A stretch of 64,000 nucleotides of DNA from Eledone cirrhosa (taxonomy: Eukaryota): assembly GCA_964016885.1 (NCBI GenBank), contig OZ024740.1, forward strand, positions 172,484,001 through 172,548,000. Direction: 5' to 3'. Under the pieces are notes generated by a model. The model saw only the letters and a list, made by a program, of their open reading frames with translations, did not search any database and had not been told where the DNA came from. Within the stretch, counting starts at the first letter, position 1. Every line of letters starts with the position of its first letter. A program made the translations under genes and the position numbers. Of this stretch, positions 27,859 to 40,811 are shown piece by piece.

Positions 27859-29039
27859 CTAGCTGAATAATCCGGCGTTGCCCGGGTTACTGCTGTTATT
27901 ATTCAGATTAGTAAACAATGAATATGAAGATATATTTTTTTCTCATAATTATTTCAAAATATCTATATTTTATTTTTTAAATATCAAAATTGTAATGATA
28001 ATAGAATTTAGACGTAAAAATCTGTCAATTGAAGCACCTCAGTGGTAAACAATATTCATTGTGTAATTTTTTGTTTTCGTCCAAATGAATAAATTGTTGC
28101 TGCTTCCAGATCGTGAGCAACCAACATAGAGTTGGCCGTGGGAGAAACATGTAGTAGAGAGATCAAGTCCAACTACCTTGAGGGATTAACCCTGAGATTT
28201 GTTGGTTGAAATAACAAAACTTGGTTTGATTGGAAACTGAAGCCTCTAAAATTCAAATGGATCAGTATGAGAGGAATTTTTAGAATAAAGACATTTTTTC
28301 AATATTGTATTAACTGCTAATTTAACGAACAGGCACACTCACACAAACATACGCTTATAAAAGACACACACATACATTCGTACAAACACACAGAGAGTTT
28401 CAACCACGAACAGACACTCGTACACTCACACAAACATACACTTATAAAAAAACGCACACAGAGACATACATTCATACAAACACACAATTTCACCCACGAA
28501 TATACACACATACACTCACACAAACTTATAAAAAATCACACACAGATATACACTCATACAAACACAAACAATTTCACCCTCCAGCCTCCAGCCGTTGTTA
28601 TGTCAGTCGTCACAGAAATGTATGTATACTCATACACACACATACACTCTTACATGCACTCACACACATACTTGTTAGTCATCGCATGTGAAGATGTGTG
28701 TGTGTTTAATTCTCTGTTTATTTGATTAAATATTTACATGAAGGTGTATGCGTATGTAACTTACTAAGGCGTAACGTACGTAACAAACGCGTAAACACAC
28801 ACATACACACTCATATACAAAATGCGACGTCGTCGTCGCCGTCGTAGTATAATTGACTATAGAACGATTATTTTAGATAAAATATATTGTTTTAATCCAA
28901 ATGAAATTAAAAATTACATGTTATTAATCCCCAGGTCTCAGACCTTGTAAAATTTGATATGATTTGGTCGAGCCATTTGAGAATGCATAAGAAAAGAGAC
29001 AGAGTGACAGAGAGACAAAGAATTTTATATAGAGAGAGA
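27859..29039 (-). mobile_element. Internally deleted Helitron
   Basis: Minus strand starts A|TCTCTCTCTATATAAAA and ends CCGG-GCAACG-CCGG hairpin + CTAG|T; retains a helicase fragment. Confidence 0.8.
28086..28261 (-). pseudogene. Helitron Pif1-family helicase C-terminal fragment
   Basis: Translates [50 protein letters not shown], the Pif1/Helitron KSQG and SHGQLYV.SR motifs. Confidence 0.85.
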
Positions 29040-29125
29040 TAAGCTTTGCTACAATAGATTGTGCATTGTTTTCCTTGACCTTTTATCTGCGAATATCCTA
29101 CACATACATATATATATATATATTA

Positions 29126-29310
29126 TTGGATTGGCAGTATATATATTATTATTGCTTTGACGCAAAGAGTTACGGCCCTTGCCATTCTGAGTTCAAATCC
29201 CGCCGAGGCTAACTTTGCCTTTCATCCTTACGGCGTCGATAAAATAAAGTATCAGTAATACACTGAGTAATTTCTGGCCTTGTGCCAAAAGTAGAAACAA
29301 TTATTATTAT
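29126..29310 (+). mobile_element. Major SINE, internally interrupted
   Basis: B box, consensus body, (ATT)n tail. Confidence 0.75.
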
Positions 29311-29311
29311 T

Positions 29312-29938
29312 AGCATACCTCGGTCTCGAAAGACTATGGATCTGCGCCTGGAGAATTTTGTGTTTGCCGCTGCGGTGAGGCAACACTGGTGTGCCCTCTC
29401 CAGGGCGCAGACCTGGGCAGGGTATTTATGGGAGAACGGCAGTTGCCCATGCAGCACGTTTCCCCTCTCCGAGCCACCGGTTTTGTCCAAGAGAAGGGCA
29501 GAGGACAATACAACTTGGCACTGGTGGGGCTGCATGGGTTGCCAGAACTAGGTTGGATATAACATCAAACTGTCTTAGGGACACCGGCTTCGAATTTAAC
29601 CTCGGGGTTTACTTCCGAAGCCTTTCCCATAAGAGGGTATAGCCACAAGGCAGCGGAGGTACAGGTTCAGCGTTTGTGTTAGCTTAGATGGACGACCCTC
29701 CTAGGCTGACGAGTTCCATCTACCCGGAACATTAGTTTGAAGGCACCAGAACCCGTCTAATCCCCTTCTCCTGTCAATATCGACAGTTCTGTCGGGCCTG
29801 CATGTTAAGCCACACGAGAAGGCCAGTAGTTGGACATGGTTGCGAAGAGGCTATACGAAAATATGCCGCGAGGAGCATTTTTTTAAATAGTGAGAGCTCA
29901 TACCCACTGCCACCTCTCGGCCTAGCAACCTTGGAACC
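29312..29938 (-). mobile_element. 5' UTR region of an RTE-clade LINE
   Basis: Minus strand has GGGTAGATGGAACTCGTCAGCC and CCTCCGCTGCCTTGTGGCTATACCC..GGCTTCGGAAGTAAACCCCGAGG, resembling RTE 5' UTRs (recalled similarity, not searched). Confidence 0.55.
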
Positions 29939-29956
29939 TTATATATATATATATAT

Positions 29957-30598
29957 AAATGTAAGTATGTATGTATACGTACATACATATATGTATACAG
30001 ACGTACAGTAGTATGTATATATATACATACATGCACACATATATATATGCACGTATCGGTTTACCGAACATTTATTATAATGCTCGGTTTGTTTGTTTGT
30101 AAACAAACAAACAGCTCGAATTACGCCGTACAGTGTTTAGGCAACCACGTCACCTTTTTGTTTAACACTGACACAGGAACGATGTACTAGTTTCATGCTT
30201 ATTAGCTATCGTCAGCATCGTATACCTTCCTGCCAGATGGTTGAACGTCTGAAAGTATATACTTTCCTTATGCATATTAACGGCTGAGCAGCCTAATTTG
30301 CATAATAAGCTTGAAACTAGTACATCGTTCCTGTGTCAGTTTGAACAAAAAGGTGACGTGGTTGCCTAAACACTGTACAGCGTAATTCGGGCTGTTTGTT
30401 TGTTTACAAACAAACAAACCGAGCATTATAATAAATGTTCGGTAAACCGATACGTGCATATATATATGTGTGCATGTATGTATATATATACATACTACTG
30501 TACGTCTGTATACATATATGTATGTACGTATACATACATACTTACATTTAAGTAAGTGCCGTACTAAGAGTGAGAAATGAAATTTCGTTTCATTCTAT
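29957..30598. mobile_element. Non-coding foldback element with hammerhead family E, copy 1
   Basis: ~245 bp inverted arms (29957-30203 / 30303-30550) around a ~100 bp centre; flanked by (TA)n; homologous to 46146-46740. Confidence 0.8.
30174..30232 (-). ncRNA. Type I hammerhead ribozyme motif, family E
   Basis: ACGATG-CTGACGA-TAGC(taataa)GCAT-GAAA-CTAG-TA-CATCGT; stem II weakened in this copy. Confidence 0.7.
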
Positions 30599-30601
30599 TC
30601 C

Positions 30602-30648
<47 letters not shown>

Positions 30649-30774
30649 AAGTTGTATATATTTAAATTGTTGGGTTAACAACGAGTAAATATTTATAACT
30701 GATATAAAAGCCCTCAACAAGTATTTGGAGTATATTTACGATATTAAATAAATGGAAACTATATTTATAAAACC

Positions 30775-30851
30775 ATATTTATTTCATTATATGTATTTCA
30801 GGGATATCATATTAAAAATATGTTATGCCTTCTTCAGACAAAATACAATAT
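30775..30851 (-). ncRNA. Type I hammerhead ribozyme motif, family B (left arm)
   Basis: Reverse complement of 30994-31070 with stem III TACATA. Confidence 0.7.
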
Positions 30852-30993
30852 AAACAGTCTTATAAATAGATAGATTCGACATACCTTTCAACTTCGACTT
30901 CTATTTGAAAAGTTGATTTGGTACCAAATCAACTTTTCAAATAGAAGTCGAAGTTGAAAGGTATGTCGAATCTATCTATTTATAAGACTGTTT

Positions 30994-31070
30994 ATATTGT
31001 ATTTTGTCTGAAGAAGGCATAACATATTTTTAATATGATATCCCTGAAATATATATAATGAAATAAATAT
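30994..31070 (+). ncRNA. Type I hammerhead ribozyme motif, family B (right arm)
   Basis: ATATTGTATTTTGT-CTGAAGA-AGGCATAACATATT(ttt)AATATGATATCCCT-GAAA-TATATA-TA-ATGAAATAAATAT. Confidence 0.75.
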
Positions 31071-31105
31071 GGTTTTATAAATATAGTTTCCATTTATTTA
31101 ATATC

Positions 31106-31153
<48 letters not shown>

Positions 31154-31154
31154 C

Positions 31155-31306
31155 AGATTAGAGATGGTAAAAACCAGTTAGACCATTACTCACCAGAGTA
31201 CTCGATACTCGGGGTAGTGGAGTGGGTAATATGAAAAAATTCAGGACCCCCGACGGGTGAGCTCCGGCCGTTTCAACAGCTAGATCCGAACGTTCGAATT
31301 TGTTCA
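31155..31306 (-). repeat. Short dispersed repeat between (TA)n tracts, homologous to 47831-47975
   Basis: Shared GAAAC.GC..GAGCTC..CCGTCGGGG(G)TCCT and ATTACCCACTC.ACTACCC..AGTAT.GAGTACT.TGGTG blocks. Confidence 0.7.
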
Positions 31307-31374
31307 TATATCTATATATATATCTGTGCATGTGTGGGTCTATATATATATCTACACACACACACATACATACA

Positions 31375-31407
<33 letters not shown>

Positions 31408-34400
31408 TAATACATCCTTGTAATTTGTAGATGATATACAGCAAAATGTAACGTTTTGCTTTCTCGTTCATTCATCGTGTGTTTATATTTTTAAGTTTAT
31501 CTTATAGTGTGGTGGCATTGGTTAAGTAGTCAGAGTGGGAGAACAGTAATTATTGCTATCATTAAAGCTGACCATCATTACTACTGAAGTTATAACGAAA
31601 TGAGTAATTTGTCACATGCTAAATTTTATTTTGTAATAATCACATCACAGTACGCTGTCTTCTTTCTTCGTATTACACCGATCGCTCTTTCTGACTTACT
31701 CATTTCCTGCAGTAGAGTACAGTTGAAACAACTGCTGCTGTTGTTGTTGTCGTCGTTGTTGTTGTCGTTGTTGTTGTTATTGTTATTGTTATTGTTGTTG
31801 TTGTTGTTCTTCTTCTTCTTCTTCTTCTCCTCCTCCTCCTCCTCATCCTTCTACTTCTTCTTCTTTCCTACTACTACTACTACGACGACGACGACGACGA
31901 TTGTTAGCCAGACGGTGCGGAAATGGTAGCTCTACAAACTGCATGTTGACGACGATATGATAATTGAATGAGCAAAAAAAAAAGGCTAACGGTCTTTAAA
32001 AGACACTTGGGCGATAGATTATTAAGATTAAACTATACCAATAACTTATAATCATCCGAAACCCACCTTCCTAACGTAGAGAGGGGGGTAGAAGTAGCAT
32101 GACAGACGATAAATAAAAAAAAACAGTTTACAGGGTGGGGGTGGGTTTATCGAAATAAACACTTGAAGACAGATAATAATAGTCACAGTCTTCTGTCTAA
32201 CGTAAATAATAATAAATGCCAGGAATAACAACTTCCATGTACATACATACGCATGCTTTCTCACTAACACACTAACACACGTTGTTTGACAATATAGCAT
32301 CCAATATTGAATGTTTAGACATGGCGAAAGTAAGGACCGAAACAGAACTGTGGTTTCACTGATTCAAAAAGATTTTAACTCGCTGCTCGAAGAATATAGC
32401 TTGAATCGCGCGAGGAGAAAATTTATTTACTTTTGTTTTACAAAGAGAGGGGTTGCATTTTTTTATGCCTTAATAAGGTGAATTTAAAGTGGCATTATCT
32501 GACGTCTGGACTAAACTTTTATGTAGAGAAAAGAGCAAGGCTTATGTTCAGTTATGGATGCAGAGTCAATAGCATTAAAATTGACGGTGCACGGAGGAAA
32601 GCCCATAAGTTACAACCGGGGCAACAAATGGCACTTGAGAAGCTTTCTGCCACCAGGGGCTAAAAATGAAACCAAGTAACGAACAAGTTCCCAGGACTAC
32701 TGGACTTGTAGCACTACGTATAAGTTATATCACCGAGGCGGACCTGAGAATCGACTTCCTCCTCAGTTCCTGAAGTGGGCGATGCCGAGATAGCTCCTCC
32801 TTATACTGAAGTAAAAGATGCTGAAATTCCTTTTCCTATGAGTACCAACCAATCCATTCCTGTTGTAACATGAGAAGAAAAGACGAGAAGAATGAGAAAA
32901 AAATAACAGCTCTGTTAGAAATTCTCTAAAAAGGATACTAAGCAGATCGTCAGAACCAGCAATACTAGATTGCTTAACAAAGTGTATGAATTGGAGGAGG
33001 AAACCCCACGTAATATGCGCATTGATTCGAAAATAAAATATTGCTCTCAAAGGTTCCTGGGCGACAGACTTTTACTTTTAACATGAAAAGAAGTATACAA
33101 TGAGATAAAATACTTCTGTTCAGAAGATGTGAGTGCTTTGATGAAGTCACCGAAGAAATGCTTATGGAATATTTCAGTGAGCAGGAATGTGTAGAGTTCT
33201 TACTTGACTTGACTAGCGGGTTCCCATCTGAATGTTATTTTATGTTTTATATAAAGTCAATGAGTACCGGAATAATCATAGAAGAGGCACATCCAAACGG
33301 GGAAGGGGAAACGTAATGTAACTTCCATAAAGAAAAGACATGGTAACATACGGCGTTTCTGGGTCAATTTTGAAACATGGTGCAGCTCAGCCCCTCTATG
33401 ACTGAACGCAGCCGATTTCTTCTAGAGAAATGTGATGGAGAGGAAATGGGAAAGAGATATAGAGGACAGACCGACTGACCCCAACACACAACTGGTACTT
33501 TTTTATCAACCTTTAAAAGAATAAGGGCAACATTGACTGTGACGGAATTTAAACTCCAAGCACAGAGAACCGGTACGAATACCACCCAGCATTCTATCAG
33601 ACGTTCTAACGACTCTGTCGATTCACAGTCTGTGATATAGTCAAGAGAAAAGTTATGTTATTTTTAAACAAATCAGTTGAATTTAGTTTTAAGCTAACTG
33701 ACTTTAATGCACTTCAAGTTGCTATTTATTCATAAATAGAGGAAAAAATTGGTTGGTAGTTCGATTACATATTGATCTCATGTATTTTAAAATAGTGGTG
33801 TCCACTTTTTTCAATTTATTATTACTTAACACAATCAGTATCTGGTACATGTAAATTTGAAATTAATTAACTAATTATTTATTTATACAACGCCGTGTGA
33901 ATCATTTTAATATAAGATCACTTACAGCTGGCTAAGTATGCGTGTGGGAGCGAGTGCGAATGTAGTGCATGCTTATACGTGAGTACTTGTATGTGGGTGT
34001 ATAAACGATTCGCCTCGACTGAGCAGAGAATTGATAAATTAATAATCCATCTCTTAACATAAAAAAAATAACTGCTTAAATGCTTAAATGACATTTGGAA
34101 ATGAAAGGAACCAATAGTCAGCTCGGTCTAAAGAAAATGTCCATTACTATTTCTATTGCTAATACTAACTGCCCTTCGCAAACTCCCTATTATTTTCGTT
34201 CGTTCGAACGTTACATTTTAGTTAGTTAGAGAGAAGGGGAGATGGAGTGAGTGGGAGGTGGAGTAGTATTTCCCTCTCTATATATAGATAACAAGATAAA
34301 ACGACGGACGGACAGACAGTCACCGCTCTTATTATAGTATAGATTATAGACAATAGTACATGTGTGCTAGAGACAGCAGTAAACTCTCCCCATATCGTCC

Positions 34401-34783
34401 CCCGCCCCTAATTTCATTTTCGGAGAAAAAGTCGCTAGTGAGCATATCGGAGGTTAGATTAGTTGAAAACACAGGGAAAAGTTTTATTATTATTATTATT
34501 ATTATTATTAATGCATTGGGTAATTGCTGGCCTTGTGCCAAAAGTAGAAACAATTATTATTATTATTATTGGTGAAGCCACGCTTCTTATCGCCTCCAGT
34601 TTTTTTTTTCAACGTTTTACCTCGTTTTCAACCGTTCCAAACCTTTTATTCAAGTTTTAAATTTGATAAAAGTTTAGAAGTGACCCACCTAATACAGGGG
34701 TTCACTAGTAAATAATACGGCACCCCTTTACGGGGTGTCGTATTCGTATTTGTGCAAAAATATTTTTTTTGAAAAATTTCAAC

Positions 34784-36863
34784 ATGGATAACACAAGAAA
34801 GAGAGAGAGCGCTGTCAGACAACACACAGAGAGAGAGACTTTATCAGCATGTCAACAAGACAGCGTTCCAGCGGAGGTAAATATAAACGAAAATATTACA
34901 AAGGAAAAAAAGATTGTTACAGATTTAAAATTAACAAATATTTCTAACACAAACAACACAAACAATAACACCAACAACAACACCAACAACAACACCATCA
35001 ATAACAGCAGCAACAACAAAAATAACAGCGGTAAAGTCGAGAACGACAATAACAAAAATAACAGCGGTAAAGTCGAGAACGACAATAACAAAAATAACAG
35101 CGGTAAGGTCGAGAACGACAATAACAATGACAATAACAACAGCCACAACAACAATAATAGTAGGAACAGTATCAACAATAATAACAACACCCACAATAAC
35201 AGTAACCACAGCAACAGTATCAACGAAAACAACAACAACAACACCAACAACTGTACCAACGAAAACAACAACAATGACACCGATACCTGTAATAGCGACC
35301 TCAGCACCACCAGTAAGACCAGTAGCGGCAGCAATAGTGGTACTGCTGAAAAGAGGACCACTTCTTTTGCAGGTGTCGCCCGAAATATCGAGACAGTGTT
35401 AGTCACAGAGGAGGAGATGGCAGTCGCAAGGGCCATGGTGACAAGAAGCGCAAATAGAGTTTCCCTGAAACCTCCACCGGATTTTTTCAAGGACCAGCAG
35501 CTACGGACGGTGACTTACCGCACCGTAAGCAAAATCTCACATCGAGTGGAGAGAGCCACGGAGGCTCAAATCCAAAAGGCCTTGGGGTGCGTCTGGGCAC
35601 GCAAAACCCACATCACCCGAGGCAGAAAGTACGCCACAGTAGACGTACTTTTCGTCACCCCCCAGGAAGCAAAGTCTCACTCTTTGGAAACCCTAAAGAG
35701 TGAGGAGATAGTCTTGGTGTCCTCCTACTGCGGGCAGAAAATTGTGAGGGTCAAAGTGACCCAGGTCCCACCCGACGTGCCCATACCTTGGCTGGCCGCG
35801 TCTGTCCTTGCTGGAATCGAGAACAGGGCGACCATGCTGCAAGTAGAAAAAATAGGGAGAGAGAACTGGTCAGGTATAGGAATGCAAATGCTTATACAAA
35901 CTGACCAGGAATGTATCGACGCTATCCCCGATATCATAGACATCGAGGAAGGACTCCAACTCCCTATAAGTGTAGAAGGAAGACGGCCAAAATTTTATCT
36001 CTGTGGGTCGAAGGGTCACCTCAGGGCCTTTTGCCCGCAGAAGACAGCGAAGAAGGCCCCTCTCCTTCCAATACCTGGTCCGCTGCTACTAAGAGTAGGG
36101 CAGGCACACAAACGAAGAAGCCCCTTCCACGGTGAGTAGGAGGGCAACGTCCGTAGCACCCGTACCAAGGCCACGGACAACTAAAGCAGCATCATCAGTA
36201 GCGGCAACAGCAATAGCTCCATTTGAAGTAGCTATACCAGCAACAAAATTGCCGAAGAGGGCTCCACTACCACCACCAACAGCCGTGGAGCACATACCCC
36301 TCCCAGACGCCACAGAATCCGACATGGAGTTTGAGGCGGGAATGAAGTGGCAAACGGTCTGTAACAAAAAAGAAAAAAGAAAAAAACCCCTAGATTCACC
36401 CTCCAAAAGCGAACGCATACAAAGAGGGGTAAAGGCAGCAAGGAAACTTGCAGCAACACCACCACCATCACCACTACAAACACCAACAACGCAAACACAA
36501 CAAGACACACACACCAAACAGCAACAAGAAGAAAACAGCAACAAAATCACCCCTCGCGCCAAAAAGTACACAGCCATAAGCATGGCAAAAAAAGAACTCA
36601 TACAATATATAAAGCAGCACACAGATATCACAGAAAAAAACTACTACACCCCACCAACACCAAGAACTCTCCCGACAAACATAAGCATCATCGAAATCTC
36701 AATAGAACAGTACAAACCTTTAAAACAAAAATTTCCCAACGCAGTTGGAGACTTCAGAGGGTCGGTTACCAAGAGGATATACACTGACATCCTCTTAGAA
36801 ACACGCATGACCAGCGAAAGGGACGGTTCTACTGTCCCTTCACCACACGAACAAGGTAAGTGA
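34784..36863 (+). pseudogene. Tx1/L1 ORF1 (Asn-rich N-terminus, degenerate CCHC knuckle), frameshifted near 36.1 kb
   Basis: VEGRRPKFYLCGSKGHLRAFCP (first Cys replaced by Phe); continuation in 36132-36863 ends just before ORF2. Confidence 0.75.
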
Positions 36864-36895
36864 CCCTTTCTCACTTGCCCCATTTCTCATCCAAC

Positions 36896-39800
36896 ATGGC
36901 TATACTCAGAATAGGCAGTATAAATGCACGTGGCCTGGGGTTATCTTGGAAGCAGGGTCACCTGCTCAATAACCTCAGGTCACTAAACCTAGATGTAGTG
37001 GCCATCAGTGAAACCAGAATCTCCGAAGCACAAGCCTTCGCACCGATCTTCGGCGGCTACGATGTATACGCATCACCTAGCCGTCCAGGATCGGGGGGAG
37101 GGGTTGCCGTCCTTTTTCGGAGAGGCTTGGATCTCGCGATACGGGCTATCTTCCTGGACCCAGAAGGTAAGTCGGTGGTGCTGGACGTGACCGGAAGCGA
37201 AGTAAATGCTTTCAGGCTAGTAGTCGTCTACGCCCCAACAGGGGCAGGACGGCCAGATTTCTTCAGATGTCTAGAGACCTTTCTTGGAAAGTCCCGCTCT
37301 TTAGTGTTAGTGGGCGACTGGAACGGGATCTTGGATGCACGCTGGGATCGTGTGGAGCTAGTGGATAGGGGAGGAGGGTGCAAGAGCCTCACCAACCTGC
37401 TCAGACGTTTCGAACTGTCTGACAGGTATCGACTGGATCATCCGAATGTGCCAATGTGGACATGGACAAACCGCATCGGGTCATCCAGTTCGTATCTCGA
37501 TAGGGTATTCTGCAGAGAACTAGATAAGGCTAGTATAAGTTGTCCACAATTTAAAATAGTCTACTACACAGACCACAAATTTGTGATCTGTGAGATCGAC
37601 ATAGACAGACTTCATAGACAAGGGCCTGGTTACTGGAAGCTGAACGCGTCTTTCCCGGCGCGCAAAGCCTACAGAGACCGGATTAGCGTATTAGTTAAGC
37701 GGGCGTTGACGGGAGCGGTCGTCAACAAGAGATGGTGGTTCACCCTGAAAAGAGCAATTAAAGTAGAGTCGATTAGGTTTAGCAAAGGAGTAGTGATAGA
37801 GGAAAATAGAGTAGAGGGAGAGCTAGTCAGAAAGCTAGAAGAGGCGTTTAGGACAGGCATCGCAACCGACGTGCTTGCGGCGAGATTGGCACTCGACCAA
37901 CTCTTCAACGCACAACACGAAGGCTGCGTTGTCAGAGCTAGAGCGCGTGCTCTGAAACACGAGGGGACAAAAGCCTTCCAATGGGCCCGGGTGGCAGAGG
38001 CGCGACGTGGCAACAAAGCCACAATTCGGTCTTTGTCTGACCAAAACGGGTGCGTGATGCTCGAACCCGAGCGGATGTGTGAAGCTTTTCAGCAGCACTT
38101 TGCTGAACTGTTCGGGAGCGGCGGCGGCCCGGATCGGGGCATGGACTTCAGTGCATACCTCGACGGACTGCCTCGGCTCTCGACGACCGCAGCACAGTGT
38201 TGCGAAAAGCCAATAACAGCCGGTGAAATACGGGAAGCGATGGCTAACTGCACAAGGGGTAAATCGCCAGGTTTTAGATGGTCTGCGCTACGAGGTTTAT
38301 GCATTTATGCCAGACTTGTTCGGTGACCTCTTGGCAGACGTCTACTGCAACTGGCAGCAGAACGGGAGCATTCCCAGTTTTGTGAGCCGGGGAGCAGTGG
38401 CGCTGCTGAGAAAAGACCCGAACAAGGGGGATGTTATCGATAATTTCAGGCCCATAACTCTGCTAAACGCAGAGTTAAAGATTTTGGCTAAGGTGTTAGC
38501 AACGAAATTGGCGCTTGTCGTCAAGGGTCTGGTGCAGGCGTAGATATGCGCCATTCCGGACAGATCCATACACGACAACCTCCACCTCATGCGATACATC
38601 ATAGAGAGGGTGGTTAAGGAACCTGGCAAGGGTCGGGCCCTGATCAACTTGGATCAGTCCAAAGCATTCGATAGGGTTGACCATCGGTACCTGGCGGCGG
38701 TCCTCGAGGCAGCCGGTTTCGGGCCCGTTTTCAGGGGTTGGATCGCAGCAATGTACAGCGACATCTGCTCAGTTGTGAAGGTGAACGGTCACCTGTCGCA
38801 GCCGTTCAGCATCATGCGCTCAGTCCGCCAGGGTTGTCCCCTTTCGTCCCTCTTGTACCTATTGGCTCTCGAGCCGTTACTGCACACACTGGGGGCGATG
38901 AGGGGCGTCCCACGCGAACTAGGATGCGGGAAATCCGAGTCGGCTTACGCTGACGACGTCACCGTGGTGGTGTCGAGCACCAGACACGTCCAGATGCTCA
39001 GCACCGCCCTCAAGGAATACGAAGCGGTGACAGGAGCAAAGATAAACCAGGAAAAGTCGGTGGGCTTGCAGCTCGGCACCTGGAGAGGCAAGTCCACGCC
39101 GTCCGACAGCGTCGTGGGGCATTGGACGGACGGACCGGTTAAATTGTTCGGAGTCTGGTTCGAACCGGACCTCCAGATGGAGAAAAACTGGAACCAGGTG
39201 ACGAGTAGGGTGGCCTCCCTCACCCAGAAATGGGCTGAGAGGAAGCTGTCCCTGAAAGGCGGGCGGAGGTGGCGAATGCGTACATCGCATCCGTCATCTG
39301 CTACCGCCTCACCGTCGTCCCTTGCTCCAGCCCAACTCTCACTAAAATGGAGCGCCTCCTCTTCCTCTTTTTGTGGAAGGGACGCGCTCCCATGATCAGA
39401 CGATCCATCTGCTGTCAACACCCGTTGCGTGGAGGACTGGGCATGCCATGGCTGTTGATGGGCAAACATGCGCTGAGGCTGCGACATCTCTGGTGCTTCC
39501 TTGATGGTGAACGGGTGTGGTCGCCGTTCGCCAGGCACCTTTTCCCACAGCTCGTCTCCTTGACAGAGCTGCAGTCCTGAGTCAGAAAAAGACCGAGGGA
39601 TAGCGCTTGGAAACTGGAATGTCTCCAGGCGCTCACTGCCCTCTCCCAGCTGGGCACCAGTATCGGTGGAACATCCACCTCGGCGTTCTATAGAGGACTA
39701 GTGGAGGGGAAGAGCGACGACATTCTCGGAGAGATCCTGGGCGTCGAAGAAGATCAGCTGTTTGCTCTCTTCCGGAGAACTTTCAGCCCGGGGTCTATGG

Positions 39801-40295
39801 ATAACTTCCCAAAATCCCTGGCCTGGCAGTGCTACCGGGGAGCGCTGCCGGTTCGAGATAAGCTCTACAGGCACGGAAGTGCCGTCAGCCGAGCCTGTCC
39901 GAGATGCGCGCAGAGCGACGAAACCGTTGTGCACGCACTCGTTCAGAGCCCGAGCATTGCTGACTTGTGGAGCTATGTCGAACAGTTGCTGTCGCGTGTG
40001 GGACTGATCCGGTTGTCGACTGAGTCCATTGTGCAGATGGTCTCGCCGTCTTCCTTCGAGGAGGAAGGGCAGGCGGTTTTCATCTGCCTGGTGGCCATGG
40101 CGAAAGAGATTGTGGTGGACAAGGTTAAAAGGGTTAAAGACAGACACTTTCCTCTTCGGCGAATCCCTAATTAACTTTTTCCAGTTTCACTTGAAGAGGA
40201 AAATCAGGGTGGAGAGGCAAGTGCTGCTTTCTAGCAAGTTTGTTGAAAGGTGGGTGAATGTAGCGAGAATGGTCCGAGTGAATATACGTCTGTAG
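36896..40295 (+). pseudogene. Tx1/L1 ORF2 (APE endonuclease, RT, zinc finger), several stops and frameshifts
   Basis: SINARGL, ISET, VYAP, VGDWN, YLDR, TDH, YWKLN; FRPITLLN, LDQSKAFDRV, VRQGCPLS, AYADD; CPRC..ETVVH. Confidence 0.92.
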
Positions 40296-40632
40296 TTTGA
40301 GAGATGGAAAAATTGAGAGAGGGCGCTTGCCCTGGTGGTCAGGGTGGCCGTCGTCTTTTGTGTGGTTTTCGCCACGAGTAACCCTCGGAGGTTTCCCCTT
40401 TATTGGGGAATTTTTCATTGTTTCAATTTTCATTTTTATTGTTTATATATATATATGTTTCTATGTCCTTTTTTTTTCTTTTCTTATATAAATAATAAAA
40501 ATATTTACACGTACAAAACCCACATCGTACCGTCCTGTACCGTCCTGTGCCGTCTGTAATGTTTTTCTTGATGTCAGCCCTTGTAGCCAATAAAGAAATC
40601 ATTATTATTATTATTATTATTATTATGATTTA

Positions 40633-40811
40633 AGGGCTGTGGATTGGTAGTATCAATAAAGCGTCGGACGCCATGCTTTGTAGCGGTTATGGTCCGAGTT
40701 CAAATCCCGCCGAGGTTAACTTTGCCTTTCACCTTTACGGGGTCGATAAAATAAAGTACCAGTAATGCACTGGGATAATTGCTGGCCTTGTGCCAAAAGT
40801 AGAAACAATTA
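40633..40811 (+). mobile_element. Major SINE
   Basis: Consensus match. Confidence 0.8.

Larger units (their letters stand above)
30737..31108. repeat. 372 bp spacerless near-perfect palindrome
   Basis: Centre GGT|ACC at 30922/30923; arms mirror each other with one mismatch noticed. Confidence 0.95.
34571..40626 (+). mobile_element. Full-length, decayed Tx1/L1-clade LINE in an (ATT)n tract
   Basis: 5' UTR, ORF1 with zinc knuckle, ORF2 APE-RT-zinc finger, AATAAA then (ATT)n; (ATT)n SINE tail immediately upstream. Confidence 0.9.
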
